Shown here: piece after piece, positions 1 to 623 of the stretch | Layout of the letters: each line of letters opens with the position of its first letter | Position numbering within the stretch: the stretch's first letter is position 1 | Sequence record: DQ006820.1 | DNA length: 623 nt | Direction: 5' to 3' (one strand) | Source: a phage | The notes under the pieces: model-generated | Told to the model about the DNA's origin: nothing | Databases searched by the model: none | What the model saw: the letters and a program-made list of their open reading frames with translations, nothing else | Program-made: the position numbers and the translations under genes

Positions 1-20
1 TACTGAGTATGAGAGGACAT
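1..20 (+). other. Partial 5' untranslated leader of a Qbeta-like ssRNA phage genome (cDNA), immediately upstream of the maturation-protein start codon
   Basis: Stops in the CDS frame's two sister frames (tga at 4-6, taa at 26-28) and no start before 21. The string tactgagtat gagaggacat atg matches my recollection of the Qbeta leader just before the A2 AUG. The extreme 5' end (about 40 nt by my recollection, including the GGG start and terminal hairpin) would lie outside the window. Confidence 0.75.
11..17 (+). promoter_or_regulatory. Shine-Dalgarno-like ribosome-binding site for the A2 start codon (gagagga, core GAGG at 13-16)
   Basis: Purine-rich GAGGA at 13-17 lies 3-4 nt upstream of the ATG at 21-23. 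The spacer is shorter than the usual optimum, consistent with a weak, regulated initiation site. Confidence 0.55.
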
Positions 21-623
21 ATGCCTAAATTACCGCGTGGTCTGCGTTTCGGAGCCGATAATGAAATTCTTAATGATTTTCAGGAGCTCTGGTTTCCAGA
101 TCTCTTTATCGAATCTTCCGACACGCACCCGTGGTACACACTGAAAGGTCGTGTGTTGAATGCCCATCTTGATGATCGCCTACCTAATGTAAGCGGCCGT
201 CAGATCAGGCGTACTCCACATCGTGCTACCGTCCCGATTGCCTCTTCAGGCCTTCGTCCGGTAACAACCGTTCAGTATGATCCTACAGCACTATCGTTCT
301 TATTGAACGCTCGTGTTGATTGGGATTTCGGTAATGGCGATAGTGCGAACCTTGTCATTAATGACTTTCTGTTTCGCACCTTTGCACCTAAGGAGTTCGA
401 TTTCTCGAATTCCTTAGTTCCTCGTTATACCCAGGCCTTCTCCGCTTTTAATGCCAAGTATGGCACTATGATCGGTGAAGGGCTCGAGACTATAAAATAT
501 CTCGGGCTTTTACTGCGCAGACTGCGTGAGGGTTACCGCGCTGTTAAGCGTGGCGATTTACGTGCTCTTCGCAGGGTTATCCAATCTTACCATAACGGTA
601 AATGGAAACCGGCTCTGCTGGAA
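21..623 (+). CDS. A2: Maturation/lysis protein A2 of a Qbeta-like levivirus, N-terminal 201 codons; 3'-partial, ORF continues beyond the window
   Basis: ATG at 21-23 followed by 201 sense codons with no stop to the window end (603 nt, in frame). Both other + frames are repeatedly interrupted (e.g. tga 142-144 and 157-159 in frame +1; taa 26-28, 59-61 in frame +2). The translation MPKLPRGLRFGADNEILNDFQELWFPDLFIESSDTHPWYTLKGRVLNAHLDDRLPNV...YGTMIGEGLETIKYLGLLLRRLREGYRAVKRGDLRALRRVIQSYHNGKWKP is recognised from memory as Qbeta A2. No alignment was run. Confidence 0.93.
   Translation, partial: MPKLPRGLRFGADNEILNDFQELWFPDLFIESSDTHPWYTLKGRVLNAHLDDRLPNVSGRQIRRTPHRATVPIASSGLRPVTTVQYDPTALSFLLNARVDWDFGNGDSANLVINDFLFRTFAPKEFDFSNSLVPRYTQAFSAFNAKYGTMIGEGLETIKYLGLLLRRLREGYRAVKRGDLRALRRVIQSYHNGKWKPALLE

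Noticed and set aside
61-144. Frame +1 ORF (ATG 61, stop tga 142-144; 27 codons, MKFLMIFRSSGFQISLSNLPTRTRGTH) preceded by GGAG at 51-54 with a 6-nt spacer; considered as a possible embedded small lysis gene, as seen in some leviviruses
   Set aside because: Very short, with no hydrophobic stretch long enough for a transmembrane helix. In Qbeta-type phages lysis is carried out by A2 itself. The GGAG is simply the Gly-Ala codons (gga gcc) of the A2 frame, and an ORF of this length is expected by chance.
136-156. Potential hairpin: acacac (136-141) pairing with gtgtgt (151-156) around a 9-nt loop
   Set aside because: Only 6 bp, half A-U pairs, with a large loop. Marginal stability and no known function at this position; RNA phage genomes are full of such local stems.
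82-395. Internal Shine-Dalgarno-like motifs: aggag at 82-86 and aaggag at 390-395
   Set aside because: Neither has ATG, GTG or TTG at an appropriate distance downstream in any frame. They are by-products of the Gln-Glu (cag gag) and Lys-Glu (aag gag) codons in the A2 frame.
334-417. Frame +1 ORF (ATG 334, stop tag 415-417; 27 codons, MAIVRTLSLMTFCFAPLHLRSSISRIP)
   Set aside because: No convincing ribosome-binding site, short, and fully embedded in A2. Most likely a chance open frame.
18-488. Several 6-bp restriction palindromes (NdeI catatg 18-23 overlapping the start codon, SacI 84-89, BglII 98-103, EagI 194-199, EcoRI 407-412, XhoI 483-488), considered as a sign of an engineered construct
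   Set aside because: About ten palindromic hexamers are expected by chance in ~620 nt, so this count is unremarkable. I recall CATATG at the A2 start being native to Qbeta. Without an alignment I cannot show the sites were introduced.
1-623. Minus-strand coding potential
   Set aside because: All three - frames are interrupted (e.g. + strand tta 30-32, tta 70-72, tca 80-82 and many more as reverse-complement stops). For a plus-strand RNA phage the complement is a replication intermediate, not mRNA.
1-623. CRISPR repeats, tRNA/rRNA, IS elements or other tandem/inverted repeats
   Set aside because: No direct repeats of 20 nt or more, no spacer-repeat periodicity, no tRNA-like structure and no terminal inverted repeats. 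The palindrome ctgcgcag (512-519) is just the Leu-Arg-Arg codons.

Overview
This window is not a novel system. It reads as cDNA from the 5'-proximal region of a Qbeta-like single-stranded RNA coliphage (allolevivirus/Qubevirus group). Positions 1-20 are the end of the 5' untranslated leader, and 21-623 is a single uninterrupted + strand reading frame of 201 codons that runs off the 3' edge. Its translation (MPKLPRGLRFGADNEILNDFQELWFPDLFIESSDTHPWYTLKGRVLNAHLDD...GKWKPALLE) matches, from memory, the N-terminal part of the Qbeta maturation/lysis protein A2. The other two + frames and all three - frames are broken by stops, and I see no RNA genes, CRISPR arrays, mobile elements or significant repeats. 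The points worth checking are divergence from canonical Qbeta: a few apparent amino-acid substitutions and a possible indel in the last ~12 nt. All comparisons to Qbeta rest on recall, not a database search.
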